NCBI RefSeq assembly: GCF_035329025.1
Contig: NZ_DAOLHN010000011.1
Span: forward strand, 353-64,352
Reading direction: 5' to 3'
Length of the DNA: 64,000 bases
DNA from: Sphingorhabdus sp.
GTDB lineage: Bacteria; Pseudomonadota; Alphaproteobacteria; Sphingomonadales; Sphingomonadaceae
Numbering within the stretch: position 1 is the first letter of the stretch; the number at the start of each line of letters is the position of its first letter. A model generated the notes under the pieces. That model worked only from the letters and a program-made list of their open reading frames with translations. It was not told the origin of the DNA and ran no database searches. Made by a program: the position numbers and the translations under genes. Shown here piece after piece: positions 37,188-48,367 of this stretch.

Positions 37188-39374
37188 ATGAATCGTCCCC
37201 GTCCCTCCGGCAAGCGTGTGCGCGTGGTCCTGTTGACGCAAGTCATCGGGCCGCTCGACTATCGCCTGCCCGACTGGATGGAAGCCGATGTCGGTTCAGC
37301 GGTCGTCGTACCTCTGGGGCCGCGCAAGATGGTTGGCGTGATCTGGGATGACGGCGTATTCGGCGACGAGGCGGTCGAGGAGCACCGCCTGCGCAACGTG
37401 TTGGAGGTTATCGACGTCCCGCCTATCAAGCGCGGTCTGAGAAGGCTCGTTGATTGGGTCGCCGACTATTATTTGTCTAACCATGCTGCCGTGTTGCGGA
37501 TGGTGATTTCATCCTCTGCCGCGCTGTCAGCCGGAGGAACTGTCACCGAATATCGGCCTTCAGGAATTGAGCCCGCCCGGTTGACCCCGCAACGCGCAGC
37601 TGCGCTGGATGCTTTGGTGGACGTGCAAGGGCTGGTGCGTGAGCTGGCCGAACAAGCGGGCGTCAGTGAAGGCGTGATCCGTGGGCTGGTAAAAGTTGGC
37701 GCGCTGGAGCCGGTGACAGTCAGCATCGATGCGCCCTTTGCGGCACCGGATCCGGAGCATCATCGTCCAGAACTATCTGACCTACAGGAAGCTGCTGCCG
37801 GGGTGATGCGCGATGCGGTGAAACAAGGCGCGTTCGAGCCGATTGTGCTCGATGGCGTTACCGGTTCGGGCAAGACCGAAACCTATTTTGAAGCGGTCGC
37901 AGAAGCTCTCAAGACTGGCAAACAAGTGCTTGTCTTGCTACCGGAAATTGCACTCACGCAGCCCTTTCTTCAACGCTTTGAGGCACGCTTCGGGGTCGAA
38001 CCTGCAACATGGCATTCGGGGATGAAACAGTCGCAGCGCCGCCGCGTGTGGCGCGGCGTAGCCGAGGGACGGGTGCAAGTCGTCGCCGGTGCACGCTCGG
38101 CACTGTTCCTGCCTTTTGCCAACCCCGGACTGATCGTCGTCGACGAGGCGCATGAGATCAGTTTCAAACAGGAGGATGGCGTGCGCTATCATGCGCGCGA
38201 CGTTGCCGTGATGCGTGGCAAGTTTGAAGGCTTCCCGGTCGTGCTGGCGTCGGCAACCCCAGCGCTTGAGAGCCGCCACATGGTCAGCATCGGCCGCTAT
38301 AAGGGCCTGGAAATCCCATCACGCTTTGGCGCTGCGAAGATGCCACGGATCGAAGCGATCGACCTGACGCAGGATCAGCCAGAGCGCGGCCACTGGATTG
38401 CCCCTACATTGCTCAAGGCGCTGGAGGAAAGGCTGGAACGCGGCGAGCAGAGCCTGCTGTTCCTCAACCGCCGAGGTTATGCGCCACTCACCTTGTGTCG
38501 CAATTGCGGACATCGGTTCGAATGCCCCAATTGCACTGCATGGATGGTCGAGCACCGGCTGGTCCGCCGCCTTGCCTGCCATCATTGCGGCCATGTGATG
38601 CCGCCGCCTGACGCCTGCCCCGAATGCAGCGCCGAAGACAGCCTCGTCCCCTGCGGGCCCGGGGTCGAGCGCATCTGCGACGAGGTGCAGCGCATGTTAC
38701 CCGAGGCGCGGACCATCGTCGCAACTTCAGACACATTATGGTCGCCGGAAAAGGCCGCCGAATTTGTTGCACTGGTCGAGAATAAGGCCGTAGACATCAT
38801 CATCGGCACGCAATTGGTGACCAAGGGCTATCACTTTCCCGAACTGACGCTGGTGGGTGTGATCGACGCTGATCTTGGTTTGGAGGGCGGCGATTTGCGC
38901 GCCGCCGAGCGCACCTTCCAGCAGATCGCGCAAGCCGCCGGGCGGGCAGGTCGAGCAGAGAAGCCCGGCGAAGTCTTCATCCAGACTCGCAATCCGTCGC
39001 ACCCTGTGATCGCGGCACTGGTCGAAGGCGATCGCGATGCCTTTTACGACGCCGAAACCGCGCAACGCCGCCGCGCCGGCGCCCCGCCTTTTGGGCGTTT
39101 CGCCGCGATCATCATCAGTTCTGAAGATGAACGCGAAGCCATCGAAGCTGCGCGCGCAATCGGCGGTTCGGCTCCTGAAATTGAGGGGATGCACGTCTAT
39201 GGCCCCGCTCCTGCTCCGCTCGCCATGCTGCGCGGGCGGCACCGGCAACGCCTGCTGGTTCACGCCCAACGCTCGGTCGAGCTGCAGAATATCATGCGCG
39301 AGTGGCTCGGTGGCCTACAATTCCCGCGCGGGGTGCGCGTCGGGGTGGATGTAGATCCATACAGCTTCCTGTAA
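37188..39374 (+). CDS. priA: Primosomal protein N'
   Basis: GVTGSGKT, LLPEIALT, DEAH, four CxxC, GTQ..KG. Confidence 0.97.
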   Translation: MNRPRPSGKRVRVVLLTQVIGPLDYRLPDWMEADVGSAVVVPLGPRKMVGVIWDDGVFGDEAVEEHRLRNVLEVIDVPPIKRGLRRLVDWVADYYLSNHAAVLRMVISSSAALSAGGTVTEYRPSGIEPARLTPQRAAALDALVDVQGLVRELAEQAGVSEGVIRGLVKVGALEPVTVSIDAPFAAPDPEHHRPELSDLQEAAAGVMRDAVKQGAFEPIVLDGVTGSGKTETYFEAVAEALKTGKQVLVLLPEIALTQPFLQRFEARFGVEPATWHSGMKQSQRRRVWRGVAEGRVQVVAGARSALFLPFANPGLIVVDEAHEISFKQEDGVRYHARDVAVMRGKFEGFPVVLASATPALESRHMVSIGRYKGLEIPSRFGAAKMPRIEAIDLTQDQPERGHWIAPTLLKALEERLERGEQSLLFLNRRGYAPLTLCRNCGHRFECPNCTAWMVEHRLVRRLACHHCGHVMPPPDACPECSAEDSLVPCGPGVERICDEVQRMLPEARTIVATSDTLWSPEKAAEFVALVENKAVDIIIGTQLVTKGYHFPELTLVGVIDADLGLEGGDLRAAERTFQQIAQAAGRAGRAEKPGEVFIQTRNPSHPVIAALVEGDRDAFYDAETAQRRRAGAPPFGRFAAIIISSEDEREAIEAARAIGGSAPEIEGMHVYGPAPAPLAMLRGRHRQRLLVHAQRSVELQNIMREWLGGLQFPRGVRVGVDVDPYSFL

Positions 39375-39426
39375 GCCAAAATTTGCTCTACCCTTAGCCG
39401 TCTTATTCCTATAACACAGCATATCG

Positions 39427-41538
39427 ATGTTCTTCCGCCGATCCAAAACCCCTCCCCCGACCAATATCGACAGCAGACTGGCGGCGTTCGACCGTGCCTA
39501 TGCCGGGATGTTTCCCGGCGAAGCAAAGCCTTGGGAAAGCACGACACCTGCAGCATCGCCGTCAATCGAAACTGCGAAGAAATGGTTGCTCGGCAAAACC
39601 CGTTGGTGGTGGTTCACCCGTGCCAGCGCTGGCCTGTTGCTGCTGTTCATCCTGATTGTTTTCTGGCTGGCGGTCACGGCCCCGCTTTCCAAATCGCTGC
39701 AGCCCATCGCGCCGCCGCGCATCACCCTGCTGGCATGGGATGGCACACCGATTGCCCGCAACGGTGCAATTGTCGACAAGCCCGTCAAGGTCAAGGAATT
39801 GCCGCCGCATGTCGTGCAGGCCTTCCTTTCGATTGAGGACAGGCGTTTCTATTCGCACTGGGGCGTCGACCCGCGCAGCATCGCCCGCGCGATGTGGAGC
39901 AACACCTTCGGCAGCGGCCTCAAACAGGGCGGCAGTACGATAACCCAGCAGCTTGCGAAATTCACCTTCCTGACACCAGAGCGCAGCCTGACTCGTAAGG
40001 CGCGTGAGGCGCTGATCGCATTCTGGCTGGAGGCTTGGCTGACCAAGGATGAAATCCTTGAACGCTATCTGTCAAATGCCTATTTCGGAGACAATATTTA
40101 CGGCCTGCGCGCGGCATCGATGCACTATTTCTATCGCAAGCCCGAAAATCTGACGCTGTCGCAGGCGGCGATGCTTGCAGGACTGGTGCAAGCGCCTAAC
40201 CGCCTTGCCCCGACGCGCAATCCCCAGCGCGCGGCAAAACGCGCGAAGCTGGTGTTGAACGCGATGGTCGCAACCGGTGCAATCAGCGAGGCCAAGGCCG
40301 ATGCGACACCGATCGCGCGGATCGATGTGCGCTATAAGGAAACGCTGCCGACCGGCACCTATTTCGCCGACTGGGCGATGCCACAAGCGCGGCTCGATGC
40401 CGAAACTGGCTATTCGGATCAGGTCATTCGCACCACGCTGGATTCGCGCCTGCAGAATATCGCCCGCAAGGTGATTGCGCGCGCACCTTTGGGTAATGCG
40501 CAGGTTGCGCTGGTCGCGATGCGGCCCAATGGCGAAGTCGTGGCGATGGTGGGCGGCAAAAGCTACAAAGACAGCCCCTTCAACCGGGCGACGCAGGCGA
40601 AGCGCCAGCCGGGTTCGACCTTCAAGCTGTTTGTTTATACCGCTGCGCTGCGCAGCGGGATGACGCCCGAGAGCAAGGTTGATGACAGCCCGATTATCGA
40701 AGGTGCCTATCGCCCCAAAAATTACAGCGACCGCTATCGCGGCGAAATCACGCTGAAACAGGCTTTTGCACAATCGAGCAACGTCGTCGCCGTGCGCCTT
40801 TACAACCAGCTGGGCTATAGCGCGGTGGCGCGTGCGGCAAAGGATTTGGGGGTACAAAGCCCGTTAACGCGCGACGCCAGCCTGGCGCTTGGCAGTTCAG
40901 GCATGACCTTGCTCGAACTGACATCGGCTTATGCCGGCATTGCCGGGAATAAATGGCCGGTCGAACCGAGGGCGTTTGTGGCCGAGGATGAAGGCTGGTT
41001 CGGCTGGCTGATGTCGGCGCAGCGCAGCTTCAGCAATGCCCAGCACAAGGCGCTGCTCGAACTGCTTGGCGCGACCGTCAATCAGGGCACCGGACGTGCG
41101 GCGCGGCTTTCGATCCCGGCCTATGGCAAGACAGGCACCAGCCAGGACTATCGCGATGCGTTGTTCATCGGCTTTGCGGGTGACCTGGTGGTTGGCGTGT
41201 GGATCGGCAATGACGACAATACTCCGCTGAGGAACATGACCGGCGGCGGCCTGCCCGCGCGCATCTGGCGTGACTTCATGGGCCAGGCAGTCAAAGGCGC
41301 CGGTGCGCGGCCCAAGCCAAAACCGGCAGTCGAGCCCGATCCAACGGGACCGATCGAACCGCTCGACCTGCCGGACATCCCGGAACTGCCGGTCAATATC
41401 AATGGCACCGAAGTCCGCGTCGACCCCGGCAAGGGCGTGACTGTCAGCGGGCAAGTCGAAGGTGTGCCGCTGGATGTCACTATCGGGCGCGATGGGGTGA
41501 ACGTGCAGGCGCGTGAAGAGCCTGTAAGGAAGCAGTGA
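39427..41538 (+). CDS. Class A penicillin-binding protein
   Basis: EDRRF, GGSTITQQ, QPGSTFK, SSN, KTG. Confidence 0.93.
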   Translation: MFFRRSKTPPPTNIDSRLAAFDRAYAGMFPGEAKPWESTTPAASPSIETAKKWLLGKTRWWWFTRASAGLLLLFILIVFWLAVTAPLSKSLQPIAPPRITLLAWDGTPIARNGAIVDKPVKVKELPPHVVQAFLSIEDRRFYSHWGVDPRSIARAMWSNTFGSGLKQGGSTITQQLAKFTFLTPERSLTRKAREALIAFWLEAWLTKDEILERYLSNAYFGDNIYGLRAASMHYFYRKPENLTLSQAAMLAGLVQAPNRLAPTRNPQRAAKRAKLVLNAMVATGAISEAKADATPIARIDVRYKETLPTGTYFADWAMPQARLDAETGYSDQVIRTTLDSRLQNIARKVIARAPLGNAQVALVAMRPNGEVVAMVGGKSYKDSPFNRATQAKRQPGSTFKLFVYTAALRSGMTPESKVDDSPIIEGAYRPKNYSDRYRGEITLKQAFAQSSNVVAVRLYNQLGYSAVARAAKDLGVQSPLTRDASLALGSSGMTLLELTSAYAGIAGNKWPVEPRAFVAEDEGWFGWLMSAQRSFSNAQHKALLELLGATVNQGTGRAARLSIPAYGKTGTSQDYRDALFIGFAGDLVVGVWIGNDDNTPLRNMTGGGLPARIWRDFMGQAVKGAGARPKPKPAVEPDPTGPIEPLDLPDIPELPVNINGTEVRVDPGKGVTVSGQVEGVPLDVTIGRDGVNVQAREEPVRKQ

Positions 41539-41611
41539 GGCTGATAGCCTTTGCATTGAACCAAGGGCTTAAATGTGTTCGAAGGCTTTGCGGGGCCTGA
41601 GGGAGATTCGT

Positions 41612-43135
41612 GTGCGACTTAGTTTGACCGGCCTTATTGCTACGATGATCGCGTTGATTTTTGCATCGACTGCCCGCGCCGACCCGGAAGACATTGCCGC
41701 CGCCAGCCGCAGCGTCGTTCGCGTGGTCGTCTTCCCGGCATCGGGCGGGGACACGCCGATCGGTCACGGATCAGGTATCGTTGTTGCACCGGACAAGGTG
41801 CTGACCAACGCCCATGTCGTTTCCGAGGAGGAATATGACGGGGCCATCCGCATCGTAATCGTGCCTTCAGATGGCGGCGAGGCGATAGCTGCCGAGGTGA
41901 TGGATCGATCCCCGCGCAACGACCTGGCTCTGATCGCGTTGAATGACGGCAAGCGCCTTACACCGGCCACTTTTTTCAGTGGCCCGGTAGGCGATGGCGC
42001 CGATGTCTTTGCGATTGGCTATCCCGGTGGCGTCGATATCGCGCAGGGCCTCAATATGGCCGACGTCCTGCGCCCGCAGACGCCAGTGAAAACCCGCGGC
42101 AATATTTCGGGCGGACGATCTGCGAAGGATTTCGAGACCTTGCTGCACACAGCGGCGATCGGTGGCGGCAATAGCGGCGGACCTTTGGTCGATGGCTGCG
42201 GACGCGTTCTGGGCGTCAACAGCTTTGGCAGCCTTTCGGATGGCAGTGATGCCGAATTCTTTTTCGCAGTCGCGCAGCGCGAAGCTGCCGCTTTCTTGCG
42301 AAAAAATGGTGTCGCTTTCCGCTCGGTCGATAGCGAATGCCTCTCGCGCGCCGAGATGAGCCGGGCCGAAGCCGAAAGGGCAGCCGCCGAAGCTGCCCGA
42401 ATTGCCGAGGAAAACCGGCTGACCGAAGCGGCCCGTAGCAAAAGTTTCGGCGAAGCGCGGCGACTGGCCGAATATGACATCATCGAATCACGCGACAATC
42501 TGTCGATGTTGACCGTTGTCCTGATATTTCTCGCGCTGGGTGCAGCGGGGACGAGTTGGCAGTTGCTGGAGCGCGAAAGACGCGATCAGGCAAAGCTGGC
42601 TGGTGGTGCGGCAGCGGCGCTGGTCATTGCGGCCCTGCTTACCTGGTACGCAAGGCCGAGCTTTTCCGAAGTGGATGAACTCACCAAGGCCCGCCTGACC
42701 GACATCGAAGACCCGGCCGCCCCAGCCAAGGTTGCGCAAGAAGGCAAGCTGACCTGCGTGATAGACCGTAGCCGCAGCCGGATTACTGTTTCGGATACAG
42801 CCGATGTCCCATTCGAATGGGCAGCCAATGGCTGCGTCAACGGAAGGACGCAATATGCGGAGGATGGCGATCGCTGGGTCCGCACATTCGTTCCCAATAA
42901 CGAAGCACAGGTTTCGATCATCAGTTTCCAACCGGGAAGCAGCACCTATCGCATCGAGAGGCATTTGCTTGGGTCGGAGGCGATGCAAAAGGCCCGCGAT
43001 GCACGAAACCAATATGATGTGAAAAGCTGTTCAGCCGATTCTGCGATGCTGGAAAAGGTGGCGTCGATGAATGCAGCCGTTCGCCAGTTGCTGCCCCAGC
43101 AACCGAATGAATTGCTCGTTTTCAATTGCAGCTGA
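41612..43135 (+). CDS. Trypsin-like serine protease with TM segments and C-terminal domain
   Basis: LTNAHV, DLAL, GNSGGP; GTG start after GGGAG. Confidence 0.88.
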   Translation: MRLSLTGLIATMIALIFASTARADPEDIAAASRSVVRVVVFPASGGDTPIGHGSGIVVAPDKVLTNAHVVSEEEYDGAIRIVIVPSDGGEAIAAEVMDRSPRNDLALIALNDGKRLTPATFFSGPVGDGADVFAIGYPGGVDIAQGLNMADVLRPQTPVKTRGNISGGRSAKDFETLLHTAAIGGGNSGGPLVDGCGRVLGVNSFGSLSDGSDAEFFFAVAQREAAAFLRKNGVAFRSVDSECLSRAEMSRAEAERAAAEAARIAEENRLTEAARSKSFGEARRLAEYDIIESRDNLSMLTVVLIFLALGAAGTSWQLLERERRDQAKLAGGAAAALVIAALLTWYARPSFSEVDELTKARLTDIEDPAAPAKVAQEGKLTCVIDRSRSRITVSDTADVPFEWAANGCVNGRTQYAEDGDRWVRTFVPNNEAQVSIISFQPGSSTYRIERHLLGSEAMQKARDARNQYDVKSCSADSAMLEKVASMNAAVRQLLPQQPNELLVFNCS

Positions 43136-43179
43136 ACCTTTGCGTGGTGGAAATTTGCCGTTAAGGCCCTGAGTCGATC

Positions 43180-44994
43180 ATGGCAGACAACTCCCCTCTC
43201 GAACAATTTAAACAGGTGCTGACCGGCACCTCGCGCGCCATTGCGAACGATCCAGAGATCGAACTGGCCTTCACCGCCGACGCGCCGACACAGGCGGGGA
43301 AGAATTTTCGCGTGCCGATGCCGGGCCGTTCGCTGCCCCCCGAACAGGTTGCCGAAGCGCGGGGTTTTGCTGACAGTTTCGCGCTTCGCCTTAAACATCA
43401 TGATGCGGCACGCCATGCAGCACTGCGACCTCATGAGGCAATGGCAGGGGCCGCCTTCGACGCCATAGAGACGGCTCGTATCGAGGCGCTGGGCTCGCGC
43501 GCGATGGAGGGCGTGAAGGGCAACCTGACCCACTCGCTGGAGATGCGGCTGCGCACCGACCCGATTTCGCGCGCGCAGGCGGCGGAAGAAGTACCGATCT
43601 CAACCGCACTCGCGCTGATGGTGCGCGAACGGCTGACCGGCCAGCCGGTTCCCGAAAATGCCGCGCAAGGCGTCGACATGCTGCGCGAATGGATTGAGGA
43701 AAAGGCTGGGGGCGACTTGGATGCCCTTGGCCTCGCACTCGACGATCAGGCAGCCTTTGCTTCGCTCGCGCAGACGATGCTCGAGCATCTCGACCTGACC
43801 GAGGGTGAAATCGAACCCAATGAAGCCGACGAAGGCGGAGACGAATCCGAACAGGAGCAAGAGCAGGACGGCGAAAGCGAAGATGAGGGCCAGGGCGAAG
43901 CCGGACAGGCCGAAGCCCGCGCCGAACCGCAAGAGGGCGAAGGCGAAGAGTCCGAAGCCGAATATGACCAGTCGCAAATGGACGACATGGATGATACCGA
44001 TGGCGACATGGGTGAAGACGGCATGCAGCCGGTCAACCCGCAGCGCCGCAACTGGGATCATTTACCGCAAAGCGATTACAAAAGCTGGACGACCAAATAT
44101 GACGAAGTTGTCGGTGCGACCGACCTCGCCGATGAGGAAGAACTCAACCGGCTGCGCGCCTATCTCGACCAGCAACTGTCGGGCTTGCAGGGCGCGGTGA
44201 CACGGCTCGCCAACCGCCTGCAACGCCGCCTGATGGCACAACAGAATCGCAGCTGGGATTTCGATCAGGAAGAAGGGCTGCTCGACGCCGCGCGGCTTGC
44301 CCGCATAGTCGTCGCTCCGGGAAGCTCATTGAGCTATAAGGTCGAACGCGATGTCGAATTCCGCGATACGGTGGTCACGCTGCTAATCGACAACAGCGGC
44401 TCAATGCGCGGACGGCCGATTTCGATCGCCGCGATCAGCGCCGACATCATGGCCCGCACGCTCGAACGCTGCGGCGTGAAGACCGAGATTTTGGGCTTCA
44501 CTACGCGCGCGTGGAAAGGCGGGCAATCGCGTGAGGATTGGCTTGCCGCCGGACGTCCCGCCATGCCCGGCCGCCTCAACGACTTGCGCCACATCGTCTA
44601 CAAAAAGGCCGATGAGCCCTGGCGGCACGCCCGCCGCAACCTCGGCCTGATGATGCGCGAAGGCTTGCTCAAAGAAAATATCGACGGTGAGGCCCTGCTC
44701 TGGGCGCACAACCGCCTGATCGCCCGCCCCGAAGACCGCCGCATCCTGATGGTGATCTCCGACGGTGCGCCGGTCGATGACTCGACCTTGTCGGTCAACC
44801 ATGGCGGCTATCTGGAACAGCATCTGAGGCGCGTGATAGAAATGATCGAAAGCCGCAGCCCGGTGCAACTGGTCGCGATCGGCATCGGCCATGATGTCAC
44901 TCGTTACTACCGACGCGCTGTCACCATCATGGATGCGGAGCAACTGGGCGGGACGATGATCGAGCAATTGGCCGGACTGTTCGACGAGGAATAG
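43180..44994 (+). CDS. cobT: Cobaltochelatase subunit CobT (VWA domain)
   Basis: RGFAD..AL, acidic linker, [28 protein letters not shown]. Confidence 0.95.
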   Translation: MADNSPLEQFKQVLTGTSRAIANDPEIELAFTADAPTQAGKNFRVPMPGRSLPPEQVAEARGFADSFALRLKHHDAARHAALRPHEAMAGAAFDAIETARIEALGSRAMEGVKGNLTHSLEMRLRTDPISRAQAAEEVPISTALALMVRERLTGQPVPENAAQGVDMLREWIEEKAGGDLDALGLALDDQAAFASLAQTMLEHLDLTEGEIEPNEADEGGDESEQEQEQDGESEDEGQGEAGQAEARAEPQEGEGEESEAEYDQSQMDDMDDTDGDMGEDGMQPVNPQRRNWDHLPQSDYKSWTTKYDEVVGATDLADEEELNRLRAYLDQQLSGLQGAVTRLANRLQRRLMAQQNRSWDFDQEEGLLDAARLARIVVAPGSSLSYKVERDVEFRDTVVTLLIDNSGSMRGRPISIAAISADIMARTLERCGVKTEILGFTTRAWKGGQSREDWLAAGRPAMPGRLNDLRHIVYKKADEPWRHARRNLGLMMREGLLKENIDGEALLWAHNRLIARPEDRRILMVISDGAPVDDSTLSVNHGGYLEQHLRRVIEMIESRSPVQLVAIGIGHDVTRYYRRAVTIMDAEQLGGTMIEQLAGLFDEE

Positions 44995-45024
44995 GCTTGC
45001 AATTCGCTGAAGGCGTGACAGAAT

Positions 45025-45042
45025 TTTAATCGAACGATTAAA
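45025..45042. promoter_or_regulatory. 18-bp palindromic operator candidate TTTAATCG-NN-CGATTAAA, copy 2
   Basis: tttaatcgaacgattaaa, 17 nt upstream of the nitroreductase ATG. Confidence 0.6.
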
Positions 45043-45059
45043 TCTCTGGAGGGCAGCAT

Positions 45060-45731
45060 ATGAACGTCACCGAAGCAGTCGCATCCCGTCGGTCGGTGCG
45101 CGAATTTCTCGATAAGCCGGTCGACAAGGCATTGCTCGAACGCATCCTTACCAAAGCGCAGAATGCGCCCTCTGGCGGTAACACGCAGCCTTGGAATGCG
45201 GTGATGGCAACGGGCGAGCCGTTGAAGAAATTGCTGGCAGCTGTAGCTGAAGTCGTTCCGCAAGGCCCGGCTGCCCATAAACCCGAGTACAACATCTACC
45301 CGCCCGAACTCGATGGCCGATACAAGGATAGCCGCTTTGGCGTGGGCGAAGCGATGTACGCCGCGCTCGATATCCCACGTGACAACAAGATGGCGCGGTT
45401 GATGTGGTTCGCGCGCAATTTCCGCGCCTTTGACGCTCCGGTGCTGATGCTGATCCACACCCCGCGCTATATGGGCCCGCCGCAATGGTCGGATATCGGC
45501 ATGTGGTTGCAGACGGTTGCGCTGTTGCTGCGTGAGGAAGGGCTCGATTGCTGCTTTCAGGAGGCGTGGGCAATCTACACGCCGCAAATCAGGGCGTGCT
45601 TTAACATTCCCGACGATCATATCTTTTTCTGCGGGGCGGCGATCGGCCATCGCGATCCGGATGCGCCGGTGAATAACTTTCCTGTGCCGAGAGCGCCGCT
45701 GGATGAAGTGGTGACTTGGGAAGGGTTTTAA
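45060..45731 (+). CDS. Nitroreductase family protein
   Basis: SRRSVR.F, APSGGNTQPW, FDAP. Confidence 0.9.
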   Translation: MNVTEAVASRRSVREFLDKPVDKALLERILTKAQNAPSGGNTQPWNAVMATGEPLKKLLAAVAEVVPQGPAAHKPEYNIYPPELDGRYKDSRFGVGEAMYAALDIPRDNKMARLMWFARNFRAFDAPVLMLIHTPRYMGPPQWSDIGMWLQTVALLLREEGLDCCFQEAWAIYTPQIRACFNIPDDHIFFCGAAIGHRDPDAPVNNFPVPRAPLDEVVTWEGF

Positions 45732-45737
45732 CGCACC

Positions 45738-45827
45738 CGTCGCCCCTGCGCAGGCAGGGGCCGCTTGAAGTTTATTCGTCCATTGTTGGGTAAATCTACC
45801 GCGGCCCCTGCCTGCGCAGGGGCGACG
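45738..45827. repeat. REP/MITE-like element, family B, copy 2
   Basis: Perfect 27-bp inverted arms cgtcgcccctgcgcaggcaggggccgc / gcggcccctgcctgcgcaggggcgacg. Confidence 0.85.
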
Positions 45828-45869
45828 TGGTTCTTGACTGCAAGGCCTCGCTAAGCCATCGCCCAGCCC

Positions 45870-47312
45870 ATGTCCGACCTGAAACTCTTCAACAGCCTGA
45901 CCCGCCAACTGGAAACATTCCAGCCCGTCCACCCCGGCGAGGCGCGTGTCTATAGCTGCGGACCGACGGTCTATAATTACCCGCATATCGGCAATATGCG
46001 CGCCTATGTCTTTGCCGATACGCTTGGTCGCGTGCTGAGCTACAAGGGCTATAAGCTGACCCACATCATCAACATCACTGATGTCGGCCATCTGACCGAC
46101 GATGCCGATGCGGGTGAGGACAAGATGGAGAAGATGGCGGCGGAAAGAGCGCAGTCTATCTGGGATATCGCGCGCCATTATACCGAGGCCTATTGGGCCG
46201 ATATCAAGGCGCTGAACATCCGCCAACCCGCCAAATGGTCGATCGCCACCGACTATGTGCCGCAGATGATCGAGTTCGCCAAAAGCATCGCCGACAAGCA
46301 TTGCTATGAACTGGAAAGCGGGCTGTATTTCGATACCTCGACAGTCGCCAATTATGGCGCGCTCGCCCGCGCGCAGACCGACGAAGGCGCCAATAGTCAG
46401 GGGGGCCGCATCGAGGCCGTCGAAGGCAAACGCCATGCGGCGGACTTCGCGATCTGGCGCAAGACGCCGGAGGGCGAAAAGCGCCAGATGGAATGGGACA
46501 GTCCCTGGGGCCGCGGCGCGCCGGGTTGGCACCTTGAATGCTCGGTGATGTCGGGCGACTTGCTCGGCTTTCCGTTTGATATCCACACCGGCGGCATCGA
46601 CCATCGCGAGATCCACCACCCGAACGAGATCGCGCAGAACCAGGCCTTTTGCCATAGCGACCACAGTGGCGCGCGGATGTGGATGCACAATAATTTCCTG
46701 ATCGAGCGTAGCGGCAAGATGAGCAAGAGCGCAGGCGAATTCTTGCGTGTGCAGTTGCTGATCGACAAGGGCTTCCACCCCCTCGCCTACCGCCTGATGT
46801 GCCTGCAGGCGCATTATCGGAGCGAGCTGGAGTTTAGCTGGGAAGGACTACAGGCGGCCTTCACACGGTTGAAGCGGATGGTGATGGCGGTCGCGGCTGT
46901 AAAAGGCATCGAGCCAGCAAGCGAGACGACCGACAAGCGTTTGCTCGACCTGTTTGAGCGTTTCGATGATGCTGTATCGGATGACCTGAACACGGCCATC
47001 GCCTTGACGGCGCTCGAAGAAACGCTGTCGCTCAAAAAGGTCGATCAAGGGCAAAAGCTGCTCGCCATCGCGCAAATGGACACAGTGCTAGGCCTCGACC
47101 TGCTGCAACTGGAACGCGCCGACTTGCGGGTGCAGCCGAAAAAGGCGCAAATCAGCGCAACGGAAATCGAAGCGGCCCTGACCAGCCGCAAGGAAGCCCG
47201 TGCGAACAAGGATTTTGCCAAATCCGACGCAATCCGCGACGAACTCATCGCCAAGGGCGTCGAGGTGATGGACGGCGATCCGTTGGGGTGGGATTGGCGG
47301 ATTGAGGTGTAA
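45870..47312 (+). CDS. cysS: Cysteine--tRNA ligase
   Basis: CGPTVY, HIGN, PGWHLEC, KMSKS. Confidence 0.97.
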   Translation: MSDLKLFNSLTRQLETFQPVHPGEARVYSCGPTVYNYPHIGNMRAYVFADTLGRVLSYKGYKLTHIINITDVGHLTDDADAGEDKMEKMAAERAQSIWDIARHYTEAYWADIKALNIRQPAKWSIATDYVPQMIEFAKSIADKHCYELESGLYFDTSTVANYGALARAQTDEGANSQGGRIEAVEGKRHAADFAIWRKTPEGEKRQMEWDSPWGRGAPGWHLECSVMSGDLLGFPFDIHTGGIDHREIHHPNEIAQNQAFCHSDHSGARMWMHNNFLIERSGKMSKSAGEFLRVQLLIDKGFHPLAYRLMCLQAHYRSELEFSWEGLQAAFTRLKRMVMAVAAVKGIEPASETTDKRLLDLFERFDDAVSDDLNTAIALTALEETLSLKKVDQGQKLLAIAQMDTVLGLDLLQLERADLRVQPKKAQISATEIEAALTSRKEARANKDFAKSDAIRDELIAKGVEVMDGDPLGWDWRIEV

Positions 47313-47315
47313 TTC

Positions 47316-47411
47316 CCCCTCCCGCTTGCGGGAGGGGTCAGGGGAGGGCATGAGTGTTCTTCCAAGTTGCGGGACAGGCCCTCCCCCGGCCCCTCCCGCA
47401 AGCGGGAGGGG
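47316..47411 (-). repeat. REP/MITE-like element, family A, copy 2
   Basis: Same 22-bp hairpins as 11103; 47375-47413 is the exact reverse complement of 11101-11139 (39/39). Confidence 0.9.
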
Positions 47412-47420
47412 AGTAAGTAA

Positions 47421-48365
47421 GTGACCAAAACCAAATTTGTGGCCTCCAGCCTGATCCGCGCGATGGTCGAACCGCGTCTGCCTGATTGGGTCGAGGCGCA
47501 TTGGTATGTCACCAAGGAAGAGGCGCTCGAACTCGCGCTGCTCGCCGAAATCGGCTGGTTCGACATGTATGACAAGGCCGACATGGCGGCGATCATCACG
47601 GCGGCGACCAACCTGAAATGGCTCAACAGCATCTATGCAGGTGTCGATGGCATGCCGCTCGCCGAGCTCAAGAAACGCGGGACCAAGGTTACCAACGGCG
47701 CGGGGATCAACGCGATCACTATCGCCGAATATGTCGTCATGGGGATGCTCAATATCGCCAAGGGCTATCGCGACGTAATGCACGCGCAGGACCGGCGCGA
47801 ATGGCTGATCGATTCGCCTGGCAAGGTGGAACTCTATGGATCAAAGGCCTTGCTGCTGGGCTATGGCGCGATCGGCAAGCTGATCGAGGAACGGCTGAAG
47901 GCATTCAATGTCGATGTGACGATAGTCCGCCGCACACCGGGCCCGTCGAGCCTCGCGCCCGATGCCTGGCAAGCGCGGCTGGGCGAGTTTGACTGGGTGA
48001 TACTTGCCGTCCCCGCAACGCCCGAAACCGAGGAAATGATCGGTGCCGACGAGCTGGCCGAGATGAAGCAGAGCGCGGTGCTGGTGAATATCGCGCGCGG
48101 ATCGGTGGTCGATCAGGATGCGCTGGTGAAGGCATTGCAGGACCAGCAAATTGGTGGTGCATTCCTCGACGTAACGACGCCCGAACCACTCCCTGCCCAC
48201 CACCCGTTATGGAACCTCGACAATTGCCATATCAGCATGCACCTGTCAGGTCGCGCGCAGGACAAGATGTTTGTGCGCTCTGCCGAACGCTTCCTCGAAA
48301 ATCTGAAACGCTATCACAAGGGCGAGAAGCTGGAGCCTTTGGTCAATTTGGATTTGGGATACTAA
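47421..48365 (+). CDS. D-2-hydroxyacid dehydrogenase
   Basis: GYGAIG, NIARG, FLDVT.PEP, HLSG. Confidence 0.92.
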   Translation: MTKTKFVASSLIRAMVEPRLPDWVEAHWYVTKEEALELALLAEIGWFDMYDKADMAAIITAATNLKWLNSIYAGVDGMPLAELKKRGTKVTNGAGINAITIAEYVVMGMLNIAKGYRDVMHAQDRREWLIDSPGKVELYGSKALLLGYGAIGKLIEERLKAFNVDVTIVRRTPGPSSLAPDAWQARLGEFDWVILAVPATPETEEMIGADELAEMKQSAVLVNIARGSVVDQDALVKALQDQQIGGAFLDVTTPEPLPAHHPLWNLDNCHISMHLSGRAQDKMFVRSAERFLENLKRYHKGEKLEPLVNLDLGY

Positions 48366-48367
48366 CC

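Noticed and set aside
44907-46814. 635-aa - strand ORF
   Set aside because: Shadow of nitroreductase and cysS, crossing a repeat; no motifs.
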